64,000 nucleotides of DNA from Isoptericola halotolerans (GTDB lineage Bacteria > Actinomycetota > Actinomycetes > Actinomycetales > Cellulomonadaceae). Location of the stretch: positions 186,001-250,000 of the forward strand of contig NZ_JABEZU010000001.1 of NCBI RefSeq assembly GCF_013149785.1, given 5' to 3'. Of the stretch, positions 35,710-45,263 are shown in pieces (the stretch's first letter is position 1; each line of letters begins with the position of its first letter). A program made the position numbers and the translations under genes. The notes beneath the pieces were generated by a model. That model saw only the letters and a list, made by a program, of their open reading frames with translations. It had not been told where the DNA came from and searched no databases.

Positions 35710-36426
35710 ATGGCGGTCGCCGAGCTGCCCGTGGTTCCCGGCACGATGGACACCGTCGTCCTGGTCGATCCCGTCGTCGGCAGCGGAGCGCAGCTCGGTG
35801 CCGGGATGCGTGAGCGGGGGGTCGCCCTCCAGGCCTTCACCGATCCCTTGCTCGCGATCGCGCGCCTGGGCCGGGAGGCGGCCGATGCCGTGGTCGTGGC
35901 CGCCCGACTCGGAGCCGAGGTGTCCGCCCAGGTGGCCGGCATCGTCCGCGACGAGTTCTCGCTGCCGGTGCTGCTCGCGTACGACGGCGCCGACGTCGAC
36001 CTCATCGGCCCGGCGATCCTGGCAGGTGCGCAGCCGCTCGTGCACCTGCCGTACGACCCGGCCGAGCTGGCCGCCGCGGTGCGCCAGGTCCGTCCTGCCC
36101 GGGCGGTGCCTGCCGTCGTGCGGGCCGGGGAGCTCGTGCTCGACCCGTCGGGCTACGACGCCCAGCTCGCCGGACGCGGCATCGACCTGACGGTGCTCGA
36201 GTTCGAGGTTCTCCTCGAGCTGGCGTCGCGACAGGACCACGTGGTCTCCCGTGCCCAGCTCGTCGCGCGATGGCCCGAGTCGTCGGACCCGGACGAGAAG
36301 CTCATCGGCATCGTCGCACGGTTGCGGCGCAAGCTGGAGGGGCTCGGTCGCAGCGGTGCGATCCACACCGTCCGGGGCATCGGCTACCGGCTGGAGTCCC
36401 GGGTCTTCGAGCTCGGCCGGGGCTGA
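35710..36426 (+). CDS. OmpR/PhoB-type winged-helix regulator with degenerate receiver domain
   Basis: C-terminal LTVLEFEVL..VSRAQL..RLRRKL..IHTVRGIGYRL; the N-terminal receiver-like fold lacks the conserved D/T/K. Confidence 0.8.
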   Translation: MAVAELPVVPGTMDTVVLVDPVVGSGAQLGAGMRERGVALQAFTDPLLAIARLGREAADAVVVAARLGAEVSAQVAGIVRDEFSLPVLLAYDGADVDLIGPAILAGAQPLVHLPYDPAELAAAVRQVRPARAVPAVVRAGELVLDPSGYDAQLAGRGIDLTVLEFEVLLELASRQDHVVSRAQLVARWPESSDPDEKLIGIVARLRRKLEGLGRSGAIHTVRGIGYRLESRVFELGRG

Positions 36427-36438
36427 CCGGCCGGCTGC

Positions 36439-37404
36439 TCAGCCGGCTGGTCGTAGCAGCTCGTCGAGGAGGCCGTGCACCCGCTGCGTGATGTCGTCGA
36501 CGATCCGGGTGATCTCGTCGGCGGGCCGGCCGGCGGGGTTGTCGATCGGCCAGTCCCGGTACTGCCTCCCGGGCACGACGGGGCAGGCGTCCCCGCAGCC
36601 CAGGGTGACGACCATGCGCGACGCCCGGATCACCTCGTCGGTGAGGGGCCGCGGCATCTCGGTGAGCTGGTCGACGCCCCGCCGAGCCAGCTCGGCCCGC
36701 ACACCCGGGTCGAGCCGGGACCAGGGCACGGTGCCGGCGGTGCGCACCCGGACCCGGGCCCCGGCGGCCGCCCGCAGCACTGCCGCGGCGATCTGCGAGC
36801 GGCCGGCGTTGTGCACGCAGACGAAGAGGACGTCGAGCGGGTGGGGGGCACCGGCGCCGTCCGCCCCGTCGGTCTCGCCGCGGGTGTCGACGGGGGCGAC
36901 CAGGGCGGCGAGCCGGTCAGCGGCGAACCGGGCGGTGAGGGCTGGCAGGTGGCGTCGGACCCGCGCCCGCGCCGCCAGCAGGTCGTAGCTGTCGGCCACG
37001 AACCGCGCCACCGTCTCCGGGGAGAGGGTGTCGGCGTGGTCCAGCGACAGCTCGTGCGTGATCCGGGCGAGCATCCGTGTGTGGTCGGCCGGGTCCACCG
37101 GCTCGGGGTGGACGCTGCTGGGCGCGGAGATCGCCGCGCCACCGAAGCGGACGAGGGCGTCCGGCGTCGGCCGGAACGCCGGCTCGCCGTCAGCCCCGGG
37201 AAGTGGCGCGAGCAGGCCTGCGTCCGCCATGGCCTCGAGGTGCGCACGGATCGCGGCGCGGTCACCGCTGGGCCCCGCGAGCGAGGAGGCGGTCGGCTGG
37301 CCGGAGGCGTCGGTGAGCACGACGGCGAGGAGCCGCAGCCGGTCGGGGTCGGCCATGCAGGTCACCTGCAACAGGCGCAGGCCCTCGTGGTCGACGCCGG
37401 TCAT
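36439..37404 (-). CDS. Degenerate ArsR-like wHTH + three-helix bundle + LMW-PTP arsenate reductase fusion
   Basis: ADPDRLRLL..HLEAMADAGLL; FVADSYDLL..HLPALTARFA; CVHNAGRSQ and LGCGDACP. Confidence 0.8.
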   Translation of the reverse strand: MTGVDHEGLRLLQVTCMADPDRLRLLAVVLTDASGQPTASSLAGPSGDRAAIRAHLEAMADAGLLAPLPGADGEPAFRPTPDALVRFGGAAISAPSSVHPEPVDPADHTRMLARITHELSLDHADTLSPETVARFVADSYDLLAARARVRRHLPALTARFAADRLAALVAPVDTRGETDGADGAGAPHPLDVLFVCVHNAGRSQIAAAVLRAAAGARVRVRTAGTVPWSRLDPGVRAELARRGVDQLTEMPRPLTDEVIRASRMVVTLGCGDACPVVPGRQYRDWPIDNPAGRPADEITRIVDDITQRVHGLLDELLRPAG

Positions 37405-37435
37405 CGGTGCGGCGCAGGGTCGGGCGCGCCCAGTC

Positions 37436-37777
37436 TCAGCGCAGCAGGTCGCCGATCGCGTCGAGACGTGCCGGCTCGATCCCGTACCAGACCTCGCGGC
37501 CGGCCGGGCGACGGGTCAGCACCCCGGCCTCCGCCATGACCTTCAGATGGTGGGAGACCGTGGGTTGCCGCAACCCCAGCTCGCGGGTGAGGTCGGCGAC
37601 GCGGCTGGCGCCCTCCGGCGAGCTCCGGATCAGGCTGAGGATCTGCAGCCGGGTCGGGTCGGAGACGACGCGCAGCAGGCTCGCGGTGCTCTCCGCCTGC
37701 GCCCGGCTGAGGGTGGCCCGCAGCGAGGGCGACTCGACGGACGGCCGCGGCGACGGCGCGGGCTGGGCGGGCGACAT
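37436..37777 (-). CDS. ArsR/SmtB family regulator lacking cysteines
   Basis: SDPTRLQIL..LRQPTVSHHLKVM..GREVWY. Confidence 0.85.
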   Translation of the reverse strand: MSPAQPAPSPRPSVESPSLRATLSRAQAESTASLLRVVSDPTRLQILSLIRSSPEGASRVADLTRELGLRQPTVSHHLKVMAEAGVLTRRPAGREVWYGIEPARLDAIGDLLR

Positions 37778-37801
37778 TGCCCCAGAATACCTTTCGATCG
37801 G

Positions 37802-39085
37802 TCACGGTCGATCGATCTGCCCTCGTGCGCGCTGCAGGCGGGCACCGCGCAGCACGAGCCCGACGGCCAGGACCCCGAGCCCGCTGAGGACCGCCGCGAC
37901 CGGCAGGGTCGCCACCAGCACCAGGCACGCCACCAGGCCGAAGACCTGCAGCACCCGGGGGAACAGCCGGTGCTCGGCCGTCTGCGTGAACGCCGAGGCG
38001 TTGGCGACCGCGTAGTAGAGCAGCACCCCGACGCTGGAGAACCCGATCGCACCGCGCAGGTCCACCGTCAGCACCAGGACCACGACGACGGCGGCGAGCG
38101 CCACCTCTGCCCGGTGCGGCACCCGGAACCGGGGGTGCACGGCGGCGAGCCACCGCGGCAGGTCGCCCTCGCGCGCCATCGCCAGCGACGTGCGCCCGAT
38201 GCCCGCCACGAGGGCGAGCAGCGCGCCGAGCGACGCGGCGGCCGCCCCGATGCGCACCACGACCCCCGCCCAGTCGGAGCCGTCCACCGCTGCCGCCAGC
38301 GGCGCCGTCGTCCCGGCGATCCCGTCCAGGCCCAGCGCGCCGAGCAAGGTCACCGCCACCAGGGTGTAGACGACGACGGCGCCGGCGAGCGCCAGCAGGA
38401 TCGCGCGGGGGATGGTTCGCCGCGGGTCGCGCACCTCCTCGCCCATCGTGGCGATGCGCGCGTACCCGGCGAACGCGAAGAACAGCAGCCCGGCGCCCTG
38501 CAGCACGCCGTAGAGGGCGGTCCAGCCGCCGTCGGCGAGGGAGCCGTCGGACCCCGCGCCGGGCAGCAGCCCGGGCGACCCGCTCCACACGACCGCCGTC
38601 CAGGTCGCCAGCGCCAGCAGCACCACCGTGACGATCCAGCGGGTCAGGCGTGCCGTCCGCGTCACCCCGCGGTAGTTCACGGCCGCCAGCGCGACGACGG
38701 CCAGCGCCGCGACGGGCCGCTCCCACCCGGCCGGCGCGGCGTAGGCGGCGAAGGTCAGCGCCATCGCCGCGCAGCTCGCCGTCTTGCCGATGACGAAGCC
38801 CCAGCCGGCGAGGTAGCCCCACCAGTGGCCGAGGCGCTCACGCCCGTACACGTACGTGCCGCCGGCGACCGGGTACTGGGCGGCGAGCTGTGCGGAGGAC
38901 GTGGCGTTGGCGTACGCCACGAGGGCCGCCAGGGCGAGCGCCGCGAGCAGCGCCCAGCCGGTGCCGGCAGGGAGCACGGCAGCCGCCGCGGGTCCGAACG
39001 CGGCGAAGACCCCGGCCCCGACCATGGAACCGAGGCCGATGGCGACGGCGTCCTTGGTCCCCAGGCGGCGGGCGAGCTCGGTCAT
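37802..39085 (-). CDS. APC family amino acid permease
   Basis: LGSMVGAGVF, FFAFAGYARIATMGEEV; ATG 39085 overlaps the upstream stop. Confidence 0.88.
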   Translation of the reverse strand: MTELARRLGTKDAVAIGLGSMVGAGVFAAFGPAAAAVLPAGTGWALLAALALAALVAYANATSSAQLAAQYPVAGGTYVYGRERLGHWWGYLAGWGFVIGKTASCAAMALTFAAYAAPAGWERPVAALAVVALAAVNYRGVTRTARLTRWIVTVVLLALATWTAVVWSGSPGLLPGAGSDGSLADGGWTALYGVLQGAGLLFFAFAGYARIATMGEEVRDPRRTIPRAILLALAGAVVVYTLVAVTLLGALGLDGIAGTTAPLAAAVDGSDWAGVVVRIGAAAASLGALLALVAGIGRTSLAMAREGDLPRWLAAVHPRFRVPHRAEVALAAVVVVLVLTVDLRGAIGFSSVGVLLYYAVANASAFTQTAEHRLFPRVLQVFGLVACLVLVATLPVAAVLSGLGVLAVGLVLRGARLQRARGQIDRP

Positions 39086-40785
39086 GCGGAGGTCTCCTCC
39101 TGGCCGCGCCGGTAGCGCTGGTAGGTCTTGTTGCCACCGGACAGGTTCGCGACGTCGAAGCCGAGGTGGCGCAGCACGTTCTGCCCGGCGTTGCCGGTGA
39201 CTCCCTTGTTGCAGTACGTCACCGTCGGCAGCGTCGGGTCGAGCTCGCCGGCGCGCGCCCGCAGCTCGGCCAGCGGGATGTGCACCGAGTCCTCGACGGC
39301 AGACTTCGCGCGGTCCTTGGCCGAGCGCACGTCGACCACCTGCACCTTCTCCCCGTCGTGGCGGCGCAGCTCCAGCTCGGCTGCGGAGACGAGCGGCGCA
39401 CGGCCGCTGATCGCGCCGTCGAGGGCCATGCCCGTGTAGTGCACCGGGTCCTTGGTGGTCGCGTACGTCGGGGCGTAGGCGAGGTCGAGGTGGAACAGGT
39501 CCTCGGCCTTCGCGCCGAAGGTGATCGCCGTGGCGAGCACGTCGATGCGCTTGTCCACCCCGGCCGGTCCCACCGCCTGCGCACCGAGCAGCCGCCCCGT
39601 GCCGCGGTCCGCGACGGCCTTGATCAGCATCTCCTGCCCACCCAGGTAGGTGGGGCGGTCCGGCTTGATGTTGTGCACGACGACGGGGTCGAACCCTGCC
39701 TCGCGGGCCCGGTCCTCGGTGAGCCCGGTCTGGGCCACGGCGAGGTCGAACACCCGCACGATCGAGGTGCCGAGGATGCCCCGGTGCTCCAGGTCGCCCC
39801 CGGTGAGGGCGTCCCCGGCGACTCGGCCCGTCTTGTTCGCCGTGGATCCGAGCGGGACCCACGTCGGTTCGCCGGTGACGAGGTCGAAGCTCTCGGCGAC
39901 GTCCCCCACGGCCCACACGTGGTCGACGTCGGTGCGCCCCTGGCGGTCGACGGCGACCGCGCCGGTCGTGCCGATCGTGACGCCCGCGGCACGGGCGAGG
40001 TCGAGGTTCGGGCGTACCCCGACCGCGACGATGACGACACCGGCGTCGAGGGTGCGGCCGGCGTCCCCGGCCGTGGCCTCCGCGACCTGCACGCCCCGCA
40101 CGGTGCCGTCGTCGTGCGTGGTGATGCCGGTGACGCGGGCCCCGGTCAGCAGCTCGACGCCGTGGGCACGCAGCTCGTCGTCGACCAGCCCGGCGACGTC
40201 GGCGTCCAGGCGGGGCATGGCGTGGCCCGTCATCTCGACCACGGTGACGTCGAGGCCGCGCTCGGTGAGCTGCTCGGCGGTCTCGAGCCCGATGTACCCG
40301 GCGCCGACGACGACGACGTGGCCCACCTCGCGCGTCTCGACCCACTGGCGGACCGCCCGCGCGTCGGAGGGGTTGCGCAGGGTGAACACGCCGTCGGCGT
40401 CGATGCCGGGCAGCGGCGGGACGACGGGGGAGACGCCGGTGGCGAGCACCAGCTCGTCGTAGTCGTCGGTGAACGTCTCGCCGGTGGCGAGGTCGCGCAC
40501 GGTGACGGTGCGCGCGGTGGCGTCCACGGCGGTGACCTCGTGGCCGGTGCGCACATCGATGCCGTAGCGCTTCGCGAACCAGGCGGCGTCGCGCGGGGTG
40601 AGCTCGTCGATGGTCTCGACCGTGCCGCCCAGGTAGTAGGGCAGCCCGCAGCCGGAGTAGGAGATGTCGAGGTCGCGCTCGTAGACCACGATCTCGGCCT
40701 CCTCCGAGCCGCGGCGCGCCTTGGCGGCGGCGGAGGTCCCGGCGGCGACCGACCCGACCACGACGATCTTCAGCCGGTCGCTCAC
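39082..40785 (-). CDS. CoA-disulfide reductase-like FAD oxidoreductase with C-terminal rhodanese domain
   Basis: GSVAAG, SYSGCGLPY redox Cys, GAGYIGLE, LDLAYAP, rhodanese DVRS..YCNKG..NLSGG. Confidence 0.88.
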   Translation of the reverse strand: MSDRLKIVVVGSVAAGTSAAAKARRGSEEAEIVVYERDLDISYSGCGLPYYLGGTVETIDELTPRDAAWFAKRYGIDVRTGHEVTAVDATARTVTVRDLATGETFTDDYDELVLATGVSPVVPPLPGIDADGVFTLRNPSDARAVRQWVETREVGHVVVVGAGYIGLETAEQLTERGLDVTVVEMTGHAMPRLDADVAGLVDDELRAHGVELLTGARVTGITTHDDGTVRGVQVAEATAGDAGRTLDAGVVIVAVGVRPNLDLARAAGVTIGTTGAVAVDRQGRTDVDHVWAVGDVAESFDLVTGEPTWVPLGSTANKTGRVAGDALTGGDLEHRGILGTSIVRVFDLAVAQTGLTEDRAREAGFDPVVVHNIKPDRPTYLGGQEMLIKAVADRGTGRLLGAQAVGPAGVDKRIDVLATAITFGAKAEDLFHLDLAYAPTYATTKDPVHYTGMALDGAISGRAPLVSAAELELRRHDGEKVQVVDVRSAKDRAKSAVEDSVHIPLAELRARAGELDPTLPTVTYCNKGVTGNAGQNVLRHLGFDVANLSGGNKTYQRYRRGQEETSA

Positions 40786-41198
40786 GAGGCCACCGCCTCG
40801 ACGTCGAGCGAGGCGAGCAGGTCGCGCACGCGGCGTTCGATCTCGTCGCGGATGGGGCGTACGGCGTCGATGCCCTGACCGGCCGGGTCGTCGAGCGCCC
40901 AGTCCTCGTAGCGCTTGCCGGGGTAGATCGGGCAGGCGTCGCCGCAGCCCATGGTGATGACGACGTCGGAGGCCTGCACGGCGGCGTCGGTGAGCACCTT
41001 GGGCTGCTCGGCGCGCAGGTCGATGCCGCGCTCGAGCATCGCCTCGACCGCGACGGGGTTGATCGAGTCCTTCGGTGCGGAGCCGGCGGAGCGGACCTCG
41101 ACGGCGTCGCCCCCGAGGGCGCGCAGGAACCCGGCCGCCATCTGGGACCGGCCCGCGTTGTGGACGCAGACGAAGAGCACGGACGCAGGTGTGGACAT
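40782..41198 (-). CDS. arsC: Arsenate reductase (LMW-PTP fold, three-Cys type)
   Basis: CVHNAGRSQ, TMGCGDACP, DWALDDPAG. Confidence 0.92.
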   Translation of the reverse strand: MSTPASVLFVCVHNAGRSQMAAGFLRALGGDAVEVRSAGSAPKDSINPVAVEAMLERGIDLRAEQPKVLTDAAVQASDVVITMGCGDACPIYPGKRYEDWALDDPAGQGIDAVRPIRDEIERRVRDLLASLDVEAVAS

Positions 41199-41210
41199 GA
41201 GGTCCTCTTC

Positions 41211-42305
41211 TCAGGGGTGCGGGTGGTGGTGCGGACCGTCGGACGCCGGGAGCGTCACGTCGGGCAGCAGGTCGGCGAGCAGGGCGCGCACGCGCCGGTC
41301 GATCTCGTCACGGATGGCACGGGCGCCCTGCGCCGAGGCGAGGGCGGGGTCGCCGACGACCCAGTCCTCGTAGCGCTTGCCGGGCAGCACCGGGCACGCG
41401 TCGCCGCAGCCCATGGTCACCACGACGTCGGCGGCCCGGACGGCGTCGTCGGTGAGCGGCTTGGGGAACGGCACGTCCTGCGGGCCGTCGCCACCGAGCT
41501 CGGTGAGCAGGGGGCGGACGGTGTCGTGGACGTCGGCGGCGGGCACAGACCCTGCCGACCGCACCACGACCCGGTCCCCGGCGTACCGGTGCAGCAGGGC
41601 GGCGGCGAGCTGGGAGCGGCCGGCGTTGCCGACGCAGACGAACAGCACCTGCGGCGTCCGGGAGTCCTCGTCGGTGGAGCGGGCCGTGACGAGGTCCACG
41701 AGGCGCTGGCGGGCGAAGTGCTCGGTGAGGGACACCAGGTGGACGGCGATCCCGCCGCGTCGCGCGAGGGCCGTGTAGGACTCGCGCACCACGCGCAGGG
41801 CCTCGTCCCCGGTGGTGCCCCGGACCCGCCGGGCGAGCGAGGCGGCCAGGCTCTCGAGCTCGCGCTGGACGTCCTCGAGCCCGTGCATCTCGGTGTCCCG
41901 GGACGCGCTGCCGACGGGGTGGGTGCCGTTGCTCGAGACGGCCAGCGCCGCGGGGGCGAACCGGTCGAGCAGGGTGGTCACCGCTCCCCGGTACCCGGGC
42001 TCGACCCGGTACCAGACCCAGGTGCCGCGGCGCTGGGAGGTGAGGACGCCCACGTCGCGCAGCACCTTGAGGTGGTGGGACACGGTGGGTTGCGAGACGT
42101 CGGCCAGCTCGGCGAGGTCGCAGACGCAGGCCTCGCCGTCCGGAGAGGTGGTGATGGCGGACAGCATGCGCAGGCGCAGCGGGTCCGCGAGGGCCTTGAG
42201 GGCGGCGGCGACGCCGTCGGCGGCCTGCGGGCCGATCGCGTGCTCGGACGAGGCGTGCGCAGGGGCGCACGCGGCGCCGTCGGGGGTGGGGGTGACGGTG
42301 GTCAT
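41211..42305 (-). CDS. ArsR repressor + three-helix bundle + arsenate reductase fusion
   Basis: KALADPLR..EACVCDL..SQPTVSHHLK; VRESYTAL; CVGNAGRSQ..MGCGDACP; ATG 42305 overlaps the acr3 stop. Confidence 0.88.
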   Translation of the reverse strand: MTTVTPTPDGAACAPAHASSEHAIGPQAADGVAAALKALADPLRLRMLSAITTSPDGEACVCDLAELADVSQPTVSHHLKVLRDVGVLTSQRRGTWVWYRVEPGYRGAVTTLLDRFAPAALAVSSNGTHPVGSASRDTEMHGLEDVQRELESLAASLARRVRGTTGDEALRVVRESYTALARRGGIAVHLVSLTEHFARQRLVDLVTARSTDEDSRTPQVLFVCVGNAGRSQLAAALLHRYAGDRVVVRSAGSVPAADVHDTVRPLLTELGGDGPQDVPFPKPLTDDAVRAADVVVTMGCGDACPVLPGKRYEDWVVGDPALASAQGARAIRDEIDRRVRALLADLLPDVTLPASDGPHHHPHP

Positions 42306-43426
42306 GGCAGGGTCTCCCGTGGTGCGTCGACCGACGTCGTCGTCGGTGAGCCGGCAGCCCGGGGGTCGACGCCGAACCAGCGGCGACCGACCCAGAGGCT
42401 GACGTAGACGAGGCCCACGAGGACGGGGACCTCGATGAGCGGCCCGACGACGCCGGCGAGGGCCTCGCCGGACGTGGCGCCGAAGGTCGCGATGGCCACC
42501 GCGATGGCGAGCTCGAAGTTGTTGCCCGCCGCGGTGAACGCGAGCGCCGTGGTGCGGGGGTAGCCGAGACCGAGGGCCTTGCCGACGGCGACGCCGACGC
42601 CCCACATGACGGCGAAGTACACGAGCAGGGGCAGCGCGATCCGGGCGACGTCGCCGGGGTGCGAGGACACCTGCTCGCCCTGGAGGGCGAAGAGCAGCAC
42701 GATGGTGAACAGCAGGCCGTACAGCGCCCAGGGGCCGATGCGGGGGACGAACCGCTCCTCGTACCAGTCGCGGCCCCTGGTCCGCTCGCCGATCGCGCGG
42801 GAGGCGAAGCCGGCGGCGAGCGGGATGCCGAGGAAGACCAGCACGTTGAGCGCGATCTGGCCGATGGACACGTCGATCCCGGCGGTGTCGAGGCCGAGCC
42901 ACCCGGGCAGCACGGTGAGGTAGAAGTAGCCGAGCAGCGAGAACATGACGACCTGGAAGACCGAGTTGATGGCCACCAGCACGGCGGCGGCCTCCCGGTC
43001 GCCGCACGCGAGGTCGTTCCAGATGACGACCATGGCGATGCAGCGGGCCAGCCCGACGATGATCAGCCCGGTGCGGTACTCGGGCAGGTCGGGCAGGAAG
43101 ATCCACGCGAGGGCGAACATCAGGGCGGGGCCGACGAGCCAGTTGAGGACGAGCGAGCTGACCAGCAGCCGCTTGTCGCCGGTCACGGCGGCCATGCGGT
43201 CGTAGCGCACCTTGGCGAGCACCGGGTACATCATCACCAGCAGCCCCAGGGCGATGGGGAGCGAGATGCCGCCGACCTCCATCGCCTCGAGGGCGTCGCC
43301 GAGGACGGGGACGAACCGGCCGAGCAGCAGCCCACCGACCATCGCCAGGCCGATCCACAGCGGCAGCCAGCGGTCGAGGGTGGACAGTCGGGCGCCGGCG
43401 GGCGCCTCGGCGGTGGTGGTCGTCAC
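42302..43426 (-). CDS. acr3: ACR3 family arsenite efflux transporter
   Basis: MMYPVLAKV, LNWLVGP, GLARCIAMV, GNNFELAIAVA, GPLIEVPVL. Confidence 0.95.
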   Translation of the reverse strand: MTTTTAEAPAGARLSTLDRWLPLWIGLAMVGGLLLGRFVPVLGDALEAMEVGGISLPIALGLLVMMYPVLAKVRYDRMAAVTGDKRLLVSSLVLNWLVGPALMFALAWIFLPDLPEYRTGLIIVGLARCIAMVVIWNDLACGDREAAAVLVAINSVFQVVMFSLLGYFYLTVLPGWLGLDTAGIDVSIGQIALNVLVFLGIPLAAGFASRAIGERTRGRDWYEERFVPRIGPWALYGLLFTIVLLFALQGEQVSSHPGDVARIALPLLVYFAVMWGVGVAVGKALGLGYPRTTALAFTAAGNNFELAIAVAIATFGATSGEALAGVVGPLIEVPVLVGLVYVSLWVGRRWFGVDPRAAGSPTTTSVDAPRETLP

Positions 43427-43446
43427 GTGCGCTCCCCTGCTCGTTA

Positions 43447-43480
43447 CTTCGATCGTCATCAATATAGACGCATCTCGATG
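43447..43480. promoter_or_regulatory. Two ArsR-type operator boxes upstream of acr3
   Basis: CTTCGA-TCGTCA-TCAATA (43447-43464) and TATAGA-CGCATC-TCGATG (43463-43480). Confidence 0.65.
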
Positions 43481-43533
43481 CAGGATGCCAGCCGCCAGGC
43501 TCTTGCGGACGGGCTGAACGCGCGTTTAGTCTA

Positions 43534-43549
43534 TTGAACATGAGTTCAA
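43534..43549. promoter_or_regulatory. Palindromic operator over the TetR start codon
   Basis: TTGAAC-ATGA-GTTCAA; related imperfect CTGAAC-GCGC-GTTTAG 20 bp upstream. Confidence 0.6.
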
Positions 43550-44298
43550 CCAACCCGGGCGCGACGGGCACCACCGGCCGGCCTCCGTCGGACGGCAGCA
43601 CGCGCGACCGCATCCGCGACGCCGCCGTGCTGCGGTTCGCGCGCTCCGGGTTCGGCGCGTCGGTGCGTACCATCGCCGCCGACGCCGGTGTCAGCCCGGC
43701 GCTGGTCATCCACCACTTCGGGTCCAAGGAAGCCCTGCACCGCGCCTGCGACGACTTCGTGCTGCGGTGGATCGTCGGGTCCAAGCGGCAGAACATGGGC
43801 CGGGCCACCGGCGGCCAGCTGCTGCAGGTGATGGCGGAGGTCGACGAGTACGCCCCGCTCCTGGGCTACGCGGTCCAGTCCCTCCAGGCCGGCGGCGAGG
43901 TCGCCCGGGCCTTCGTGCAGCACATGATCGACGACGCGCAGGTCTACACCCGCGAGGCGGTGGCCGACGGCATCGTCAAGCCGAGCGTCGACGAGGACGC
44001 ACGCGTCCGCTACCTGACCCTCTCCGCGCTCGGCACCCTGCTGCTCACTCTCACGCTCGACCCGCCGGAGGACCCCGAGGACTTCGCCGCCGGCATCCGC
44101 ACGTTCACGACCGAGCACTACCTGCCGATGATCGAGCTCTTCACCCAGGGCTTCCTGACCAGCCGCCGCATGCTCGACGACTACCTGCTCTACCTCTCCG
44201 ACCCCCCGGCCGGCACGCGCGACGCCACCACCGACGGCGACGTCGCCGCCGACACCACGGCCGCCCCCGACCCCGAGACCACGAGCGAGGAACGATGA
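43540..44298 (+). CDS. TetR family regulator
   Basis: [32 protein letters not shown]. Confidence 0.9.
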   Translation: MSSTNPGATGTTGRPPSDGSTRDRIRDAAVLRFARSGFGASVRTIAADAGVSPALVIHHFGSKEALHRACDDFVLRWIVGSKRQNMGRATGGQLLQVMAEVDEYAPLLGYAVQSLQAGGEVARAFVQHMIDDAQVYTREAVADGIVKPSVDEDARVRYLTLSALGTLLLTLTLDPPEDPEDFAAGIRTFTTEHYLPMIELFTQGFLTSRRMLDDYLLYLSDPPAGTRDATTDGDVAADTTAAPDPETTSEER

Positions 44299-45263
44299 CC
44301 ACCACCACCGCGAGCCCCGGCACGCCCCCCGTCGAGATCCACGACCTGCACAAGCACTTCGGCTCCACCCGCGCCCTCGACGGCCTGGACCTGACGGTCC
44401 GGGAGGGCGAGGTCGCCGGGTTCCTCGGCCCCAACGGGGCCGGCAAGTCCACCACCATCCGCGTCCTGCTCGGACTGCTGCGCGCCACGTCCGGACGTGC
44501 CCGGCTGCTCGGCGGGGACCCCTGGTCCGACGCCGTGACGCTGCACCGCCGGCTCGCCTACGTCCCCGGAGACGTCACCCTGTGGCCGAACCTCACCGGC
44601 GGCGAAGCGATCGACTTCCTGTCGCGGCTCCGCGGCAAGCCGGACGTCCGGCGCAAGAAGGAGCTGCTCGAGGCCTTCGAGCTCGACCCCACCAAGAAGG
44701 CGCGCACCTACTCCAAGGGCAACCGGCAGAAGGTCGCGCTCGTCGCGGCGCTCGCCGCCGACGTCCCGCTGCTGATCCTCGACGAACCGACCTCCGGGCT
44801 GGACCCCCTCATGGAGGCCGTCTTCACCGAGCAGGTCCGCCACGCCAAGGAGCGGGGGGCGTCGGTGCTCCTGAGCAGCCACATCCTGTCCGAGGTCGAG
44901 AAGGTGTGCGACACCGTCACCATCATCCGGTCCGGTCGGGCCGTCGAGTCCGGCACCCTCGACGAGCTCCGCCACCTCACGCGGTCGAACGTCACCGCCG
45001 TCGTCGACGGCGACCCGGCCGGTGTGTCCCGCGTGGACGGCGTGCACGACCTGGCGACGGTCGACGACCCCGAGGGCACCCGCGTCACCTTCGACGTGGA
45101 CAACGCGGCGATCGGTGAGGTGCTCACCGCCCTGTCCGCGCTGGGCGTGCGCTCCTTCACCGCGGCGCCGCCGTCGCTGGAGGAGCTGTTCATGCGGCAC
45201 TACGGCGAGGACGTCTCGGAGGGGCCCACGTCCGGCGAGCCCGCAGCGGCAGGTGCACGATGA
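44295..45263 (+). CDS. ABC exporter ATP-binding protein
   Basis: [27 protein letters not shown]. Confidence 0.92.
   Translation: MTTTTASPGTPPVEIHDLHKHFGSTRALDGLDLTVREGEVAGFLGPNGAGKSTTIRVLLGLLRATSGRARLLGGDPWSDAVTLHRRLAYVPGDVTLWPNLTGGEAIDFLSRLRGKPDVRRKKELLEAFELDPTKKARTYSKGNRQKVALVAALAADVPLLILDEPTSGLDPLMEAVFTEQVRHAKERGASVLLSSHILSEVEKVCDTVTIIRSGRAVESGTLDELRHLTRSNVTAVVDGDPAGVSRVDGVHDLATVDDPEGTRVTFDVDNAAIGEVLTALSALGVRSFTAAPPSLEELFMRHYGEDVSEGPTSGEPAAAGAR

Noticed and set aside
37404..37438. Stop-codon readthrough fusing the Cys-free ArsR to the ArsC fusion
   Set aside because: The two ORFs are in different frames, and the second has its own ATG.
29260..43500. Arsenic island as a mobile element
   Set aside because: No integrase, transposase, tRNA or flanking direct repeats seen, so mobility cannot be supported from this window.
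41211..43808. 865-aa ORF as one protein (likewise 22846-24969, 37802-40345, 34249-36426, 53060-55363)
   Set aside because: The N-terminal extensions are off-frame reads through neighbouring genes; internal starts with stop/start overlaps or SD sequences fit better.
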